DNA of 53,210 nt, filler included, from Sluysia triapertura (GCA_046118255.1; 3 parts of 3 records of this genome joined end to end with filler, not necessarily neighbours in it); one strand, 5' to 3'. Positions 38,141 through 52,775 are shown, numbered from the whole stretch's first letter. Program-made: numbers and translations. Notes: generated from the sequence alone by a model not told the origin.

Positions 38141-39412
38141 GTTTCTATAGTTACTTGAATATTAAAACATCTTACATTTTAACTATATATTTTTATTTTA
38201 TTTTTGATTTATATTGAAACATTAAAACATAAATACTATCATCAGAATCCAGTTTTTTGTGTATTTTTTAGCTTTAATAGTATGTAATAACTTTGGTTTC
38301 AATTATAATAAGAAAAAAAATATTATTAATCTTATCTTTGAAAACTTGGCCACGTTAGAGTTTTTTGTCTTAGAATTTTCTGGTATATATTTTGTCTTTT
38401 ACATTCATCACCTAAAAGAAAAAACACATTTTTTAAGTTTTTGAAAGAATTAGTAAATCAATTGTATAAACAGTCTTTTCAATGATAAAAATGAATTTAC
38501 AGAAAATAACCAATATACTGTAAATAAAATAAAATATGTAAAATAAAATTAAAATAAATGTGAATAGAAATAAAATAAAAATTTCATTTCCAATTCAAAT
38601 TAATTCTTATATAAAATTTAAATTAATCATTCTACATATAAAATTTAATAATATAATAATAAACTATAAGTGAACGAAATAGTAATAATTAAAATTAATA
38701 AGGAAAAATATTAACATATACACTATCAAATAATAATAAGCTGTAGTGCATATGAAATCAGACTATAGTATAAATAAAATAATATTAAAAAACTAATTAC
38801 ACTATATATAACTGCATTACAAAAATCGAAAAATGTCATTGTTATGGAAAGAATCAAGTATAAATAGAAGGGTTTTATCAACACATTTCACGAGGTATCG
38901 ATTTGGTTTCGAGTATTTAATTTGGTATTGATTTGGTTTCCATTACTGTTCGAGTTAAAGTATTTATTATATCCTAGTCAAGGTTTTTGAATAATTGACA
39001 TTTTAAAATTTAAAATACATTAATATTTGATTTTCACTGTGAATTTCCATCAGAATAACATTTAAAAGAACTAAATTTAAATTTAATCTTAAAAGAAGTT
39101 CGTAAGCACCCTAAATATAGCTACGTGTGGTACATTTTATATTGTGAATATTATCCGAAATATTTTTGCAGACTTTGTATTTGTTACTTACATTTAATAA
39201 ATAAACTTTTAGCGAGTTTAGTTTATATTATTTGATTTTAAGGAGAGAAGCTTGAATTTTAACGTTTTTTAAGTATTTAGAATCTAGGAAATCAAAATTT
39301 TGCACTTCCATCGTTCCATCTACGACGAGTGAACGAACAATTCCAGGTAAGTATAAATAAGTGTAAAGCAAGACAAGACAAAAATATTTAATAACATTTT
39401 CAAGTCCAAAGT

Positions 39413-39512
39413 NNNNNNNNNNNNNNNNNNNNNNNNNNNNNNNNNNNNNNNNNNNNTTAATTAATTAANNNNNNNNNNNNNNNNNNNNNNNNNNNNNNNN
39501 NNNNNNNNNNNN
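39413..39512. other. Assembly gap with TTAATTAATTAA linker
   Basis: N-run with a central linker, followed by (TTA)n. Confidence 0.97.
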
Positions 39513-39536
39513 TTATTATTATTATTATTATTATTA

Positions 39537-39592
<56 letters not shown>

Positions 39593-42084
39593 TATCACCA
39601 CTCATTTTACTATTATATAAAATACAAAAATTGAAACATTAACATCACCTAAATTTTAATTTGTATAACTAATTTAATCACAAATTGACCTGTAATTTTT
39701 AATAATTTATTACTCATTACCTTTAGTATCAAATTTTTCAATGTCATGTTTCTCTTATTAGTATCAAGTCCAATTAGTACTATGTTCTCATCACCATCAT
39801 TTAACATTTCACAATAAACTTTGTTCGACAGAATATTATTCTACATAACAAAGACTTTTATTAAATTTAGTAATGTAATGGTTAAACTCTGTCCAACTTG
39901 TATTATTTAAATTTTTAATTTTATCTTTACTAATGCAAATTTTATATTAGTGAAATTTGAAGCCACCTTATGGCCTGGCGCAACTAAATAACAAGATTTT
40001 TTTAGGGTTGTTTGCCCCATGAATATAAAAAAGATAAATAATTAAATATAAAATTATGTTATCAATGTAATTAGTTGTCTATAAATGAATTTGAATGTCT
40101 ACCAATAAAAACGTTTGCTTACTACCACTGCTACAATTCATAACAAAATTAGCCTAGAAATCCTTGATTTCATTTTTTAAAATGAGTTTTTCTAATTTTG
40201 TTGGATATTTAGTTGCTCAAACATCTGATTTAAACGAATGCATGAGCTCATCTTCTGTTAATGGTATAGTGGATTTTGATAAGCGTAAAATATGGTATGA
40301 TTTTGGTTGACGAACTTCATATTAGTCCCGCTTGAAATCTCCTGATATAATTAATCATCTTTTTCAGTACTCAGAGTTTTTATTGCCTTTTATGAAATAA
40401 TAAATAAATTTTATCATAGGAATGCCGATTTGGTCGTTTTTCATTGAATGGATTTAAATTCAATTAAAACTTTGACTCAAAATCCTTCCAAAATCATTTT
40501 ATCTTTTCAAATAAAACAACATCGTCAAAGTAATTTTATTTATTCTTATTGTAATTATATATATTGTTATATGGTCAAATATATTGAAATATCACAATTC
40601 ATTCTATTTTTGTGTCCAGTTGGGATAATTAAAAAATTTCTAAAATTATGTCTTAAAAATCTAATTCTATATTAATTCAATTAATTGATATTGAATTTTA
40701 AATCAATTTCCTCTTCGGTCATGTTTAAAAAGTCTGTAATCATTGGTACTTTACCTATGTATCAAAGCTTTATTATTCTTCACATAAGGCAAAAAATGTG
40801 CAACTTTGATACAAATAATTGATTTCAATTCTAAGTATGCAGGTTGTTTTGGAAGTTCTGTACAATATGAATACATGTTACAGTTATGATACTCATAAAA
40901 CATTCCGTAAGATATATATGTTTTTATGTACGATACATTTTGTACAACATTTTGCAATTTTATTACATTCATAAAACTGACGAAAATTTTGTTAACATAG
41001 TTTAGATATTTCAATAATTTCCAATGGTAGCAAATAATCATAAGCATTTTTTCCTAATGCATCTAGAGGACCTCATAAAATAAAATTCCATTCTGAATCA
41101 TATTTCGATCAACTATTTTTTGTGTTGCGATAAATTTCAGTTTTTGAAAAAATATAAAAGTTTGAAAAAACAATTCTCTGCCTCCTAGTACTGTTGAATC
41201 CGATTATTTTAAGTAGTACTTCACTACAATTTCAATAGTAGTGAAGACACATTTCCCGAACCTGATACTTTGTTAATCATTTATTCATAGGTCGGATCAA
41301 TTTGTACAATAAATTTACGTAATTTCAATATATGATATAAACTTAGATATCCTTATTTTCTTAAAGGATAAACTATATTTTGACATAGAATTGTTCGAAA
41401 TTCTTTAACATTTTCATCAGTTATTTCGTTACTATTCGACAATTATATTAATGCATGCAAACAACTTTTAAAATTTTGGTAAGATCCTATTAGAATTTGA
41501 TAATACGTACTCCACAACAAGTATCAGCAAATTGATAAAATCAATTGGCATATAACTCAAGTCATTAAATACTCGACCGTATAGTATAACCATCAATAAT
41601 AACTCATTATAAGATTGATATTTTGTTTATGCATAATTTTCATCATTAGTTATTTGAGTCAAAGTAGAAATTTCATGGTTATAAAATGCAGAATTATTGG
41701 CTGGATAAATTATATTTTGATTATTGACTAAGTTTTTATATACGTAATGGTATCACTTATGAATTAATCGTGAGCGAAGTGTAATTAAAATCTTAATTTA
41801 TATAAATCAGAAAATAGATTTAGATGTGATAAACAAAATCATTTGAAATATTGTCGAATTTATCTTCAGGTAATGGCAAAAATGGAGAAACGAGAAAATA
41901 AATGATAAAATAAGAATAGAAATAAAAAATGTAAGAATAAAAAGATAAACATAATATCAATCCTAATAATACTAAATTTTTGTTTACGGCTTTGTTAATG
42001 TTGCTATCGTTATTGTCACCGTTGACATGAAGATATACTGAATTTGCATTGCTGTGTCGTACCAAAATTGTTTCTGTTTTGTGT

Positions 42085-44050
42085 ATGTTATAGGATAACT
42101 TAATATTTTGCGTTATTTTGAAGCTGAAATCTGTTCTAGATTGTATTTATAACTGTGTGAGATTGTGTGGAGTTTGTATTGTTTATGATAAGAGCGTTCA
42201 TATTTTATAAGGTCCCTTTGGTTAATTATTTTTAAAATTATGCTCCCATGTCGGGCGTTTTCCTTTGTTGAAAGTTTGTATCCACTGCGAAAGTTACAGA
42301 TTTAATTCTAGGACAAGATGGGACTTCTGTGTTATCTACTAGAGTTGCCGCCACTTTCATTTTACACCAATTAACCGTTGGTGGTTGGCCAGTTACAAAT
42401 AAGGATTTTCTTGATTTATTTTTATTACTTTGTGTGGTCCAGAACGCCTTGGCTGTAGAGAACTCGGGGTTTCGAATAAGATCCACACGAATTTACAATC
42501 CGTGATTCTTTTCTGGTGCATAAACAAGAGAAGAATCGTTGGAAAGTTTGAGCAACGTTTCGGAGACCAAATGGCATGCGGATATACTTTAAGAATCCAA
42601 AAGATGTGGTTACTGCAGTCTTCGATGAATTTTCAGGATGTACTGGAATTTGATACTATTCTTTGGCCAAATCGAAGCGGTGCAAAATATTATTATTGAC
42701 ATCGGATTTGCGTCCGGAATTGTGATTTACCGCATATTCTGCCAGAACCATCTTTCGTTTTTACAATTTATACGGTGAAAACCATGAAAAGAATGACCGA
42801 AGCACAATTTCCATTTCCTGGAATTCTTGTTCTGCTTGTGCTCTAACTTCTTGTGATAATTCCTGTCACCTTGATGAAGCTCTTGCGTGATGCATTGCAG
42901 TGGTTCTAAGTCATTTTTGATCTTGAGAAATTCATAAGGTGTTAGGTGGTCCAAAGATTAATTTTTAAAAGATTTGATTCACATCGGGGCTGTAGTGTTG
43001 TAGGATCAAACCTTTAATTCTTGGTAGGGATTTGATGTTGATAAACATGAAGATACTTTTTGCTTTATTTTTTTGGGCTATTTTTTACCAGTGATTGTCT
43101 CTTCTTTAAATGGGATTTGTTTGTTTGAACTAGTGTTTGGATTTATCTTGTGACGATTGTTTGATGTTTGAGTTGATTGTATAGGGTGTTTAGTATTAAC
43201 CATTGAGGAAATGACTGGGAAAAGGTTGTGTTTTCTTGTAGGATTCATCCATGTAATTGAACGCGACGAGAACAAAGGTATCAAACGCGTACATGATGAA
43301 ACCGATGCAATAGGACCTTGATATAATTTTGTGGAGGTTGTCCCACGGTTGATCATTTTTCTGCACTTATAATTTTGTTGTTATTTTCTTTGTAGATGAA
43401 TGTTCGTGCAGGTTGTATCGCAAGTACAGTTTTAAAAGGTTTTTGCATATTATCGAAATGTTTATTATAATTTGTGTATTTCTGTGTTAACAAAATGTTG
43501 GAAAATGTGTAATATTTTTGTGTTATTTTTGTTATTTTCATTACTATTAAAATTATCGCTGTCGTTATTAGGGTTAAAGTTAGGGTTAGAGTTAGAGTTA
43601 GGTTTGAGCTTAAGGTTACTTCTATTATCAATGCTGTTTGTAAAGCTGTTTTTTTATTTTTATTATTACTGTTATTACCGATGTTGTTTGTTAGATTGTG
43701 ATTATTATTGTAAATATGACAATAAATTATGTTATTATGCTTAATATGTTTATTTTTATAGTATTGTTATTCTTTTTACTACGTTCATTACTATTTTTGT
43801 TGTATTTCATCGTCATTTTCATGAATATTGTCATTATCATCAGGATCACCTTTGTCATTATTATCGCTATCTTCATAACATCTCTTTCGTTATCATTGTT
43901 ATTATTAAGATTTAATAAAAAGTCATAAAACTATTAACGATTGTTTTTGGGAAACAAAATCTGTTCAAGATTTTATTTATGTTAACTGTGTTAGATTGTG
44001 TTGGAGTTTGTTTATGATAAGCGGGTTTATTTTTTCTTGAGCTTGCCACA
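42085..44050 (-). mobile_element. Internally deleted, decayed Ty3/Gypsy LTR retrotransposon
   Basis: RT segment FDLAKE*YQIPVHPENSSKTAVTTSFGFLKYIRMPFGLRNVAQTFQRF at about 42675-42533. Diverged direct repeats at 42127-42195 and 43957-44025 are consistent with LTRs. Confidence 0.8.
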
Positions 44051-46750
44051 CAACTAATTCAATACCTGTTTATTGGTTTATGACGAATAGACGCACGAAA
44101 GAGGTTCAAGCTCACGATGTTCGGCGTAGTATTCAGTTGGATCGGTTTTCATTAGAAAAAGACTGTGACTATCATTTGATTCATCATTTTAGTGAGTATT
44201 TTATGAATTTTGACTTGTATAATATTTTGATGCTTTTTATAATACGTACTTCACTTTTCTTCAAATTTGGTTTAGTTTTGAATGGGCACGTCATTGACCC
44301 TTAATATTAAAATATAAAATTTGTCGCTTACGCACGGGTAACAAAAAAAATGAAAATCATTATTAAATTAACATTAAAACTAAGCCGGGTAGAGGAGTTG
44401 AAATAAATTCCTGCTCTATTGAACTAATCGGCATTAAAGTTGAAATCAACCTTATCCAGCCCCAGGAACTATTTTATTTTGTGTCAAATGCAATCAAGAT
44501 TTGTGTGTACAAGAATAAAAATATTAATAAATATTGTTTAGAGTGTAATGTTATTAACTCTGCATATAAAGTTTTGCTCTGAATGAGATACTGTGATTAC
44601 CTATAAAAATGATTTCCCGGATACCTAAGTGTAAATCATTGTTACAGTTTTTCAACAATTAAAAAAGGTAACTCCATAACAAAAGAAATCATGATCATAT
44701 TATTTTATATAAAACATATTTTATCAAATATAGGTGTATTTCCAATCATATCAAATATTTTCGAGCTATATAAACATTATCGTTACATGTTGCACAAAAT
44801 ATATTAGTTGTAATTGCACATTACATTATCCAATCAAGAGTGTGGCGGCCCAGCCTACACCTACCTATATATCACATCAATCATAACATTCATCGACACA
44901 AACCTCATTACAAAAATTACATTATAACAAGTCTTATCTATATCGTTCACAACATACCAACACTCATCCTTATAAAATTGCAGATGCATAATAAAATGGT
45001 GTCAGGATAAAACTGACAAAACGCCCACCGTCATTGTGACACACTAAACGTTACTTATTTTATTGGTGCTCATAATGGTGTGTTTCGAATTTAACATTTT
45101 GAATAATTTTAAAATTATAAAGACGAATAAAGTCTGCGCTCATAATGCAAATCAATATGTTCATAAAAAGCTAAATGTTTCTAAGTTTTATTATATCGAT
45201 GCTATTGTTCGTTTTGAATACGATACCCTTTTTGCTTTTATATTTTATCATGTTGATATAATAGTGTGTTTCGAATTTAACATTTTTAAAAATTTTAAGA
45301 ATACAAGGATGAATAAAGTCGACCCCCGTAATACAAGTGAATATATTCATGGAGGTCAATATAGCGTCTTAGATGATCCTAAAATTTATTACAACAATAC
45401 CACTGTTTATTCTGTGTATATTTTTATCGCTTCTAAATCTTATTGTGCAACTTATACCATTCGAAAATTCGAGATGAGTTCATACAACGACCTGAATTTT
45501 GGTAGAGCCATTACCTGTAATAAATGTAAGTGTTATGCGATAAGAGTGGTTTGTTATACACATGTGTCATCAATTATTGCAAATTTGTATTACTTGTATC
45601 AAATAAAAATTTTTCATATTTTTACTTTAAAATTTACTCCCACAAAGAAATTTTCGAGTGCCTTAAGCACCAGTTTTATATTAAGTTTTATTTTCGTATA
45701 AATAAAAATTCTTGCAACAAATCAAATAACAAAACAAATAACAATAATTTGAATGTTAATTCTAAAAATAATAAAATTAAATTCACAATAACGAGGACCA
45801 CATTTCTTACAACTACTATTTCTCTTGGTCCATGGACCATTTACTAATGTTGTCAACATACCTTCAACAAGTCTTGTTAGAAATACCAACAATCGGTTTT
45901 CTGAATCAATACCTCACATTTTCCTGAGCTCATTCAATTCCTATTCCTACTCCTCCTACTACTATTACTACTACCACCACCACTACTACTACTATTACTA
46001 ATAATAATAATATAATAGTAACAGTAATACTATTGTAATGATCATAATAATGTACTTAAATAATTATATCTAAAAATACAATAATGTATTATAATAAAAT
46101 AATCAGAATTATATCAAAATAATTTAAGATCTACGTCTTATTATTATATATTGATAACAATGGCGTGATAACACACCTAGATATTAAAATTTGATTTAAA
46201 AAAAAGTTAGTGCAGAAATTTGTAGACAGTAATATAATTCATAATAATTTGACATATCAGTGGACATCAAAAATAGAGAAAAATTCAGTGCTTAGAATTT
46301 CATTAATTTGGTCAGTAATTTAATTTTGCAAAAACTATATATTGTTCGAGAGAAAGCTAAGATAAATTGACATCGGCTCTATATTTACAAAAAAAGCTAT
46401 TGCATCCTAAATACGTCACAGTTCGCATATCAAATCCTGAAATCATATTTAAATAAATCAACACATTTTTCAGTAATTTACAATATCATTCATAATATCC
46501 ACATGTATAATCACTTAATAAGTCTTCATTAATAGTTAATACCATAAAAGAAAGAATTGTTAGTGTTATTTTGCTTTTTTCATTGTACTTATTATAATAT
46601 ATCCAATGTTATAAAGTAAAGATTAGATTTTATTTGTCACTTATTTAACGAATAGATATTAATAACATTTGAATTACATTAAAATATAAAAGTAGAGATC
46701 GCACTACAAACCCTCGAATTTTTTAAATCATATATCAAAGTCATACCTAC

Positions 46751-47020
46751 TGTAGACGAACCCACGAGTACCAAGTTTTAAAACTAGAATGCTTCAGAAT
46801 TAGGATAGATAATAGAGATATCAAACTTTTAAGCAACACTAAACAGATCAAATTATAACAAACCCAGCTTATCTTAATCCTTATACTTAATACAAAGAAC
46901 CAACCACCGTATCTTTTGCAATTGGAATTAGCTAATCTCAAATTATAATAAATGTCAGTTCTCATCACATAAATTGGTGTCAGGAGTGGAATTTGAACCC
47001 ATCCCTCGAAGAGAACCAAA
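46751..47020 (+). mobile_element. LTR (46751-46969, TG..CA) followed by a tRNA-Leu primer-binding site
   Basis: TGTAG...CATCACA with AATAAA near the end. TGGTGTCAGGAGTGGAATTTGAACCC at 46975 is complementary to the CCA end and T arm of tRNA-Leu. Confidence 0.6.
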
Positions 47021-49318
47021 GCATTCTAAATTTTATACTTACAATAATAAATTAATGTTTAATAATCAAGACAAATATTGAATATTTATGCACTACTTAA
47101 AAATCAATATATTGAATGCAGAAAATAGGAATTAGTTTTTTAAGAAACCACACGTTGTTTGCAGGAGACTGTAATTTCTGTTTATTAAAAATTTGTAGTG
47201 GGTAACTGTAATCACAGTTCATATCATTTCGAGTACGAATAACACGTGTTATTAAAGGTTTATTTTTAAAAATACATGAATCCATTGTATTTAAGATAAG
47301 TATAGATAATGTTTTAGAAATAAACTTCTTGGTGTTTCTTTTTTAACACAATTTCAAAATTCGAGCTCGATTTAAGTGTGATACGCCTGCAACATACAAG
47401 TCCCACATACAAGTGTTAAATTAATTGGGCAAATAATACTTATCCATTTGTTTATATAATAGTAAAATGAGTAATAATAATTTTATATAGCTCAGATACG
47501 TTTTGGTGAATTGTTATGTGACTGTTATTTAAAAATAGTTTTAAAGATTAACAAATCATTTCTTAATGAATTTGGTGAAACTATTCTAAAATCTAAAATT
47601 ATTTGTAATTTTAAATGACTTCAAACTTGATTAATCACACGAACTATTTAACCAGAATTACTTCTAAATTGAATTCTAACAGTAGTAACAATCAAATTAT
47701 TTCGAATTGTTTCTAAATTTATGTTTTCATGATTACTTATTTAGGATATTTTAAGTTAGCAGAAATGCAAAATTCAAATAAGATTCCCTGAAACAAGAAA
47801 TGGCATGATTCGAATTCTACATAGGAAATGTTCGCTCAACTGCTTGAGCTACACATTTGAGCTAAGACCTATGCGTCTCAACTTCAGCAATTTTGTTTTA
47901 AATCGCTAGTAAAATAACATCGCTTAAACGGGAAATCTATAATTTGCTATGAAATAACAGCTTTATCAATTTCAATTAATGTTTCGTCTGGATAATACTT
48001 AGAGTGGACGTTAAAGTTCACAAATAAATTTTAAATTTGCAGCATCTATACATCTAAATGTTAATAGTTAAAAACAATTTATTTTCGCCATGATTTAAAA
48101 ATCAAATAAAAGCCTACCTAAATAAAAAATATTCTTTTGTTACCATTATATTAATATTTTCATTGTCTTCCAATAATGATGTTATCTATTATATATTGCA
48201 AATAATTTAAAATAAATAAATAAAATCAAATTCGCTTATAATTGGACGCAACCTGTATAATTTAATACAGCTACTATACATACTTAATCTATAAATAAAA
48301 ACCTATTGTCGATAATAAAACAGAATATTTGTCACAACCCTTAAATTAAAAGACCGAGTTACTTTGGAATTCTATCTATATCAAAATACAATGAGTCAGA
48401 AAAATTCATTAAAAGTTATTTCAAAATGAATATCAAACTTTAAGTCACAAAATACAACTTTTAACTTCTTAGATCTTAATAAATAATAATCGCAAATATT
48501 TAACTTAGTCTAATAACATTTATTATAAGGTTGATAATTCAAATGTTAAATAAAAACTAGTAAATTCGTAACTTTGACCCTACGATCAAATATTTTAATA
48601 ACCTAAATCCAAAATTTTATTAATAATTCAATAATCTACGAAATAAAATATCAAATTCCAAAGGTCTCGTTTAATCAACCAAGTTTTCATTTGATATTTT
48701 GCTTTTTTCAAAGCAGTAAATGCTTTTGTAAATTAATTTATCAATTAAATATTAATTAAAGCAGGACTAATTGAACTAAACTGAAATGACAAATCAAAAT
48801 ATTTTGTAATAAGATTAATAAGTTATTCATAAACTTTTAAAATATATGACATACTTTATTTTCGTCTTTCATAAACTATTGTACGTTTAAGGACAAATAA
48901 CAATTACCATCATTATAATCGCCTTAAAATTTATTCGTAAATTAAAAATTGATTAATTTTCTAAAAACGACTAATTTATTTTTGTTGAATTTTAACAGTT
49001 TTCGGTAGTTTTACATCACATAAATACCACTTCGAAAAATAAATGTTTTGATAAATTTTATATACTAAAATACACTAATATTTATAAGAGTTAGATAATT
49101 AATTTCCTTATGTGAGCTGTAGGAATATTTACCTATTTCTTCTAGAAACGCACGACCTGTTGGTGTTTAAAACTACTTTCTTCTATTAAAAAATGTGAGG
49201 ATGATCTAATAAATGAAAATTTAACACAAAACACATTTTAATATTAAGTTTGTTTAGTATTCATTTGTCACATCTTTAGTTTTTAATGTAAAATTATAAA
49301 AATTAACACTAAATTAAC

Positions 49319-50591
49319 CTGCTGAATCATATCCTACAGCTTTGGCCATTTGCACTGCTTGTTCACCCATAGCTTTGCGAGTTTCTGGATTTAAAAACGT
49401 AGATGGTGCTTCTTCAATAACTTTTTGATTTCTTCTCTGGATTGAACATTCTCTTTCATTTAAATACAATGCATTACCATGTCGATCACACAAAACTTGC
49501 ACTTCAATATGACGTGGTTTATTAATATACTTTTCGATGAGCATTCGATCATCACCAAAACTTGATTTTGCTTCAGCTTTACTCAATCGATAGCCTTCGC
49601 GTGCTTCTTTATCATTCCAGGCAATACGCATACCTTTACCTCCGCCACCAGCACTGGCTTTAATCATCACTGGATAAGTGATTTGATTAGCAATTTTAAC
49701 TGCTTCTTCTTCATTTGCTATTTCACCATCGAACCCAGGTATACAATTTACTTTCGCTTTATTAGCAATACGCTTACTTTCAATTTTATCACCCATACTA
49801 TGAATTGCTTTTGAATTTGGCCCCAAAAATACGACATTCATGTCCTCTAACTTCTTTGCAAATACTGTGTTTTCTGAATATTTTATAATTACGAAATTAA
49901 TTTAATTTAATATTAAATCAACTTTGCATTCAATCACACTACATTCAATTCTGAAACATTTCTTTGAATAGAAGTCGTCTAAAATTATTTTAAATACCAA
50001 ATAGCGATTTTGAAATTTAAATATTAATTAACAAATAATTTTGTTGTTAACCAAGAGATAAAATGCATATAAATTTATTGAATTGAATTAGATATCATAC
50101 CTGATAAGAAGCCATACCCAGGATGTACAGCTTCAGCACCTGTATCTTTAACTGCTTTCAAAATATTATCCATGTTTAAATAACTTTGTGAAGTTGGCGC
50201 AGGACCAATAAAAACAGCTTCATCGGCTAAGTTTACAAAGCGACTCGTAGAATCTACGTCACTATGCACTGCTACAGTTTTTATTCCCAATCGTCGGCAA
50301 CTATTTATGACACGACATGCAATTTCGCCACGATTTGCAATTAAAATTTTACCAAATTTCTTAAAAATTGAAATAAAATTGAGATGATTTAAATGAAGAA
50401 GCATTAATCAGTTAAACAATATTCATATATGCACAAACCGTTTCTTTCGGATCATGTTTATCATTCCAATAAATGCTAGCATTTGTTGAATATTGGGTTA
50501 AGGCACACCGAAAAGGCAATAACTAAATTATATTAATAATTTCATAAATAAGTATTAATCAAACATCAGTAAACTTTTTTAAACGCAACAT
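49319..50591 (-). CDS. PCCA: Propionyl-CoA carboxylase alpha chain (biotin carboxylase domain), exons 50591-50565, 50522-50439, 50359-50101, 49873-49319; 3' part not in window
   Basis: [78 protein letters not shown]. Short basic mitochondrial-type leader. Introns of 42, 79 and 227 nt. Confidence 0.93.
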
Positions 50592-51104
50592 ACTTAAACG
50601 TAATATACGTGATCACACAAAAAAATTCAAAAGAATATCACTAGAAGACAAAAAATTTAAACATACAAAAATACTCAATTAATTAAAAATATAGGTTTTT
50701 TCATACAATATCTTTTTATCATGACATTTTTAATTAAATGTTATATAACTTTAGTTTATTAAATTTAAGTTTTAATAAAATTGTATTAAAAAAAGCTTTT
50801 ATAAGATAATAACAATTCATAAATTTTAATTTGTATAGAAGTTAATCCGCTTGTCTTCAAGCTTGAAAAACGTTTGTCTTGTATTATTTTTTACTTATGA
50901 TGAAATATTATATTTAATAATAATTATTCAAATAGTTTTGAATGTCATTATTTCTGATAATATTTAAATTTTATTCAATGATTAATTTTATAAAAACGAA
51001 CATGATGTTTCTGAAAAGTTAGATTATAACATATTTGAAAATATTGTACATCTAAGGACAAATAACAATTTAGTAATAAAAAAACTACGCATTTGAAATA
51101 CACA

Positions 51105-51107
<3 letters not shown>

Positions 51108-51173
<66 letters not shown>
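51108..51173. repeat. (AAT)n microsatellite
   Basis: Perfect trinucleotide run. Confidence 0.95.
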
Positions 51174-51174
<1 letters not shown>

Positions 51175-52610
51175 CTTTAAAACATTTAAAAACTTCCCAC
51201 TTAAAATGAAAATTTCAGCATTATAGGAGAAATAAAGTTGTTGTCTTATAGTGGTGCGTCTCGGATTTTTACATAGTTTTAAAAGATTTTATAAAATACA
51301 TTTGAGGAATTTGCTTTTATATTTAAGTTTTCAAAGACTTTAATTAAATTAGAATTCTTCTGCATTTGCTTATCTTTACTTTAAATGGCTTTCTATTGCT
51401 TAAATTTTTCCGAAAATAAAATTTGATGATGAAATTTAAAGCCTCGCGAAATGCCTTACAAATTTTAGAGTGCATTAATAAAAAAGTAAACAAAATTAAC
51501 GTGAATTTTACAACAAATATAACATCAAATAAATTTAACAACGTTCTTGAAGTATTTTTTCGTATTATATCGTTTGATGTTTGATAATATCATTAAATTC
51601 ATTTTTAAAGACGTATGATTCAATAAAATTTAATAATGTTGGGATTGCCAAACTATGGAACAAGAAATAAGTAAAGGTATGGAATTGTAGAATGTAAAAA
51701 AACTAATACAAGGTGATACATAATATTATAAACATTGGTGGAGTAAGAATGATAAGAATGAAAACATCTGTAGAAGTGTTGAGAGCAGAAGATCACCTTT
51801 GATTCCAAAGACCTTGAGATCTTGTGGTGGTTTGAGATTAGTTTGGAAAACATTTAGAAATATTAAGGTACCTTTGACCTTCTTAATTTTGAGATAATTT
51901 AAGACCTTATTAACCTTTAGGCAATCTTGAAACCTTTATAAGCACTTTAGACTTTTGACTAACCATAAAAAATAGTTGGAATCTTTAAAATATTTGAGAA
52001 ATGAAGTCATTATTGCTAAAAATAAAGATAAATTTGATATCTTAATAATTAACATAAAGAAATAGAAAAAGGAAACAGAGTGGTGAAGATAAAAGAATCT
52101 TTAAACATAAAATAAAATAAAGTCTGAAAATATATTAATTAATTAAAATTTTAATTAACATAATTAAGCAGAATACTATGTGCAAGGGTTTTAACTTAAA
52201 AAGACTTAACTTGTTCTTACAAAAAGATTCTGGAAGTTAGTTCGCCTAATTAGACACGATTTAAATCTGGACGAAGACTTTTTAATTAGGATTTCACTAA
52301 ACTTAGTTATACGTTCAATACATATTAAAAAGGGCTTAAAAGAAATTTTTTTCAAGAATCTTTCTTAAGTGAATTATATGCAAGAATAATACAAACGTCG
52401 AAAGTTCTAAAACTTCCGTTCGATATTAAATATATAAAATATCACAATTTTCTAACAACTGTAAAAACTTAAAAGATACTTAGATTATATGAACCAGCAA
52501 TTATGCGTAAAAAAGGAATGCTTTTTATTAATTCACAAAAATCACAACTGGTAGCCTGCGTGCAGAAAAATTGTGTTTTTACAACTTAAGAGTTTATAAA
52601 ATCAAAAAAA

Positions 52611-52775
52611 CGTTACGATCTTGTTACGGTCTGACAATATCGTATAAGATTTTAGATAATGAATCAGCCTTTTTACGGTCTGACAAAAACAATCAACAAA
52701 TTTAATAAATTAAATCAGCCAGTTAGGGTCTGATATATCTGTATATATTTTAATCAAGTTTTACGGTAACTCACT
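52611..52775 (+). repeat. ~50-bp-period repeat with core AATCAGCC..TTACGGTCTGACA
   Basis: Core at about 52625, 52674 and 52723, degenerate at about 52761. Confidence 0.55.

Noticed and set aside
39280-39352. Plus-strand exon NLGNQNFALPSFHLRRVNEQFQ followed by GTAAGT
   Set aside because: Plausible splice sites, but no recognisable homology and it lies next to a gap.
39600-41800. Decayed coding-like sequence (also 35470-36400)
   Set aside because: No family motif could be recognised without a database search.
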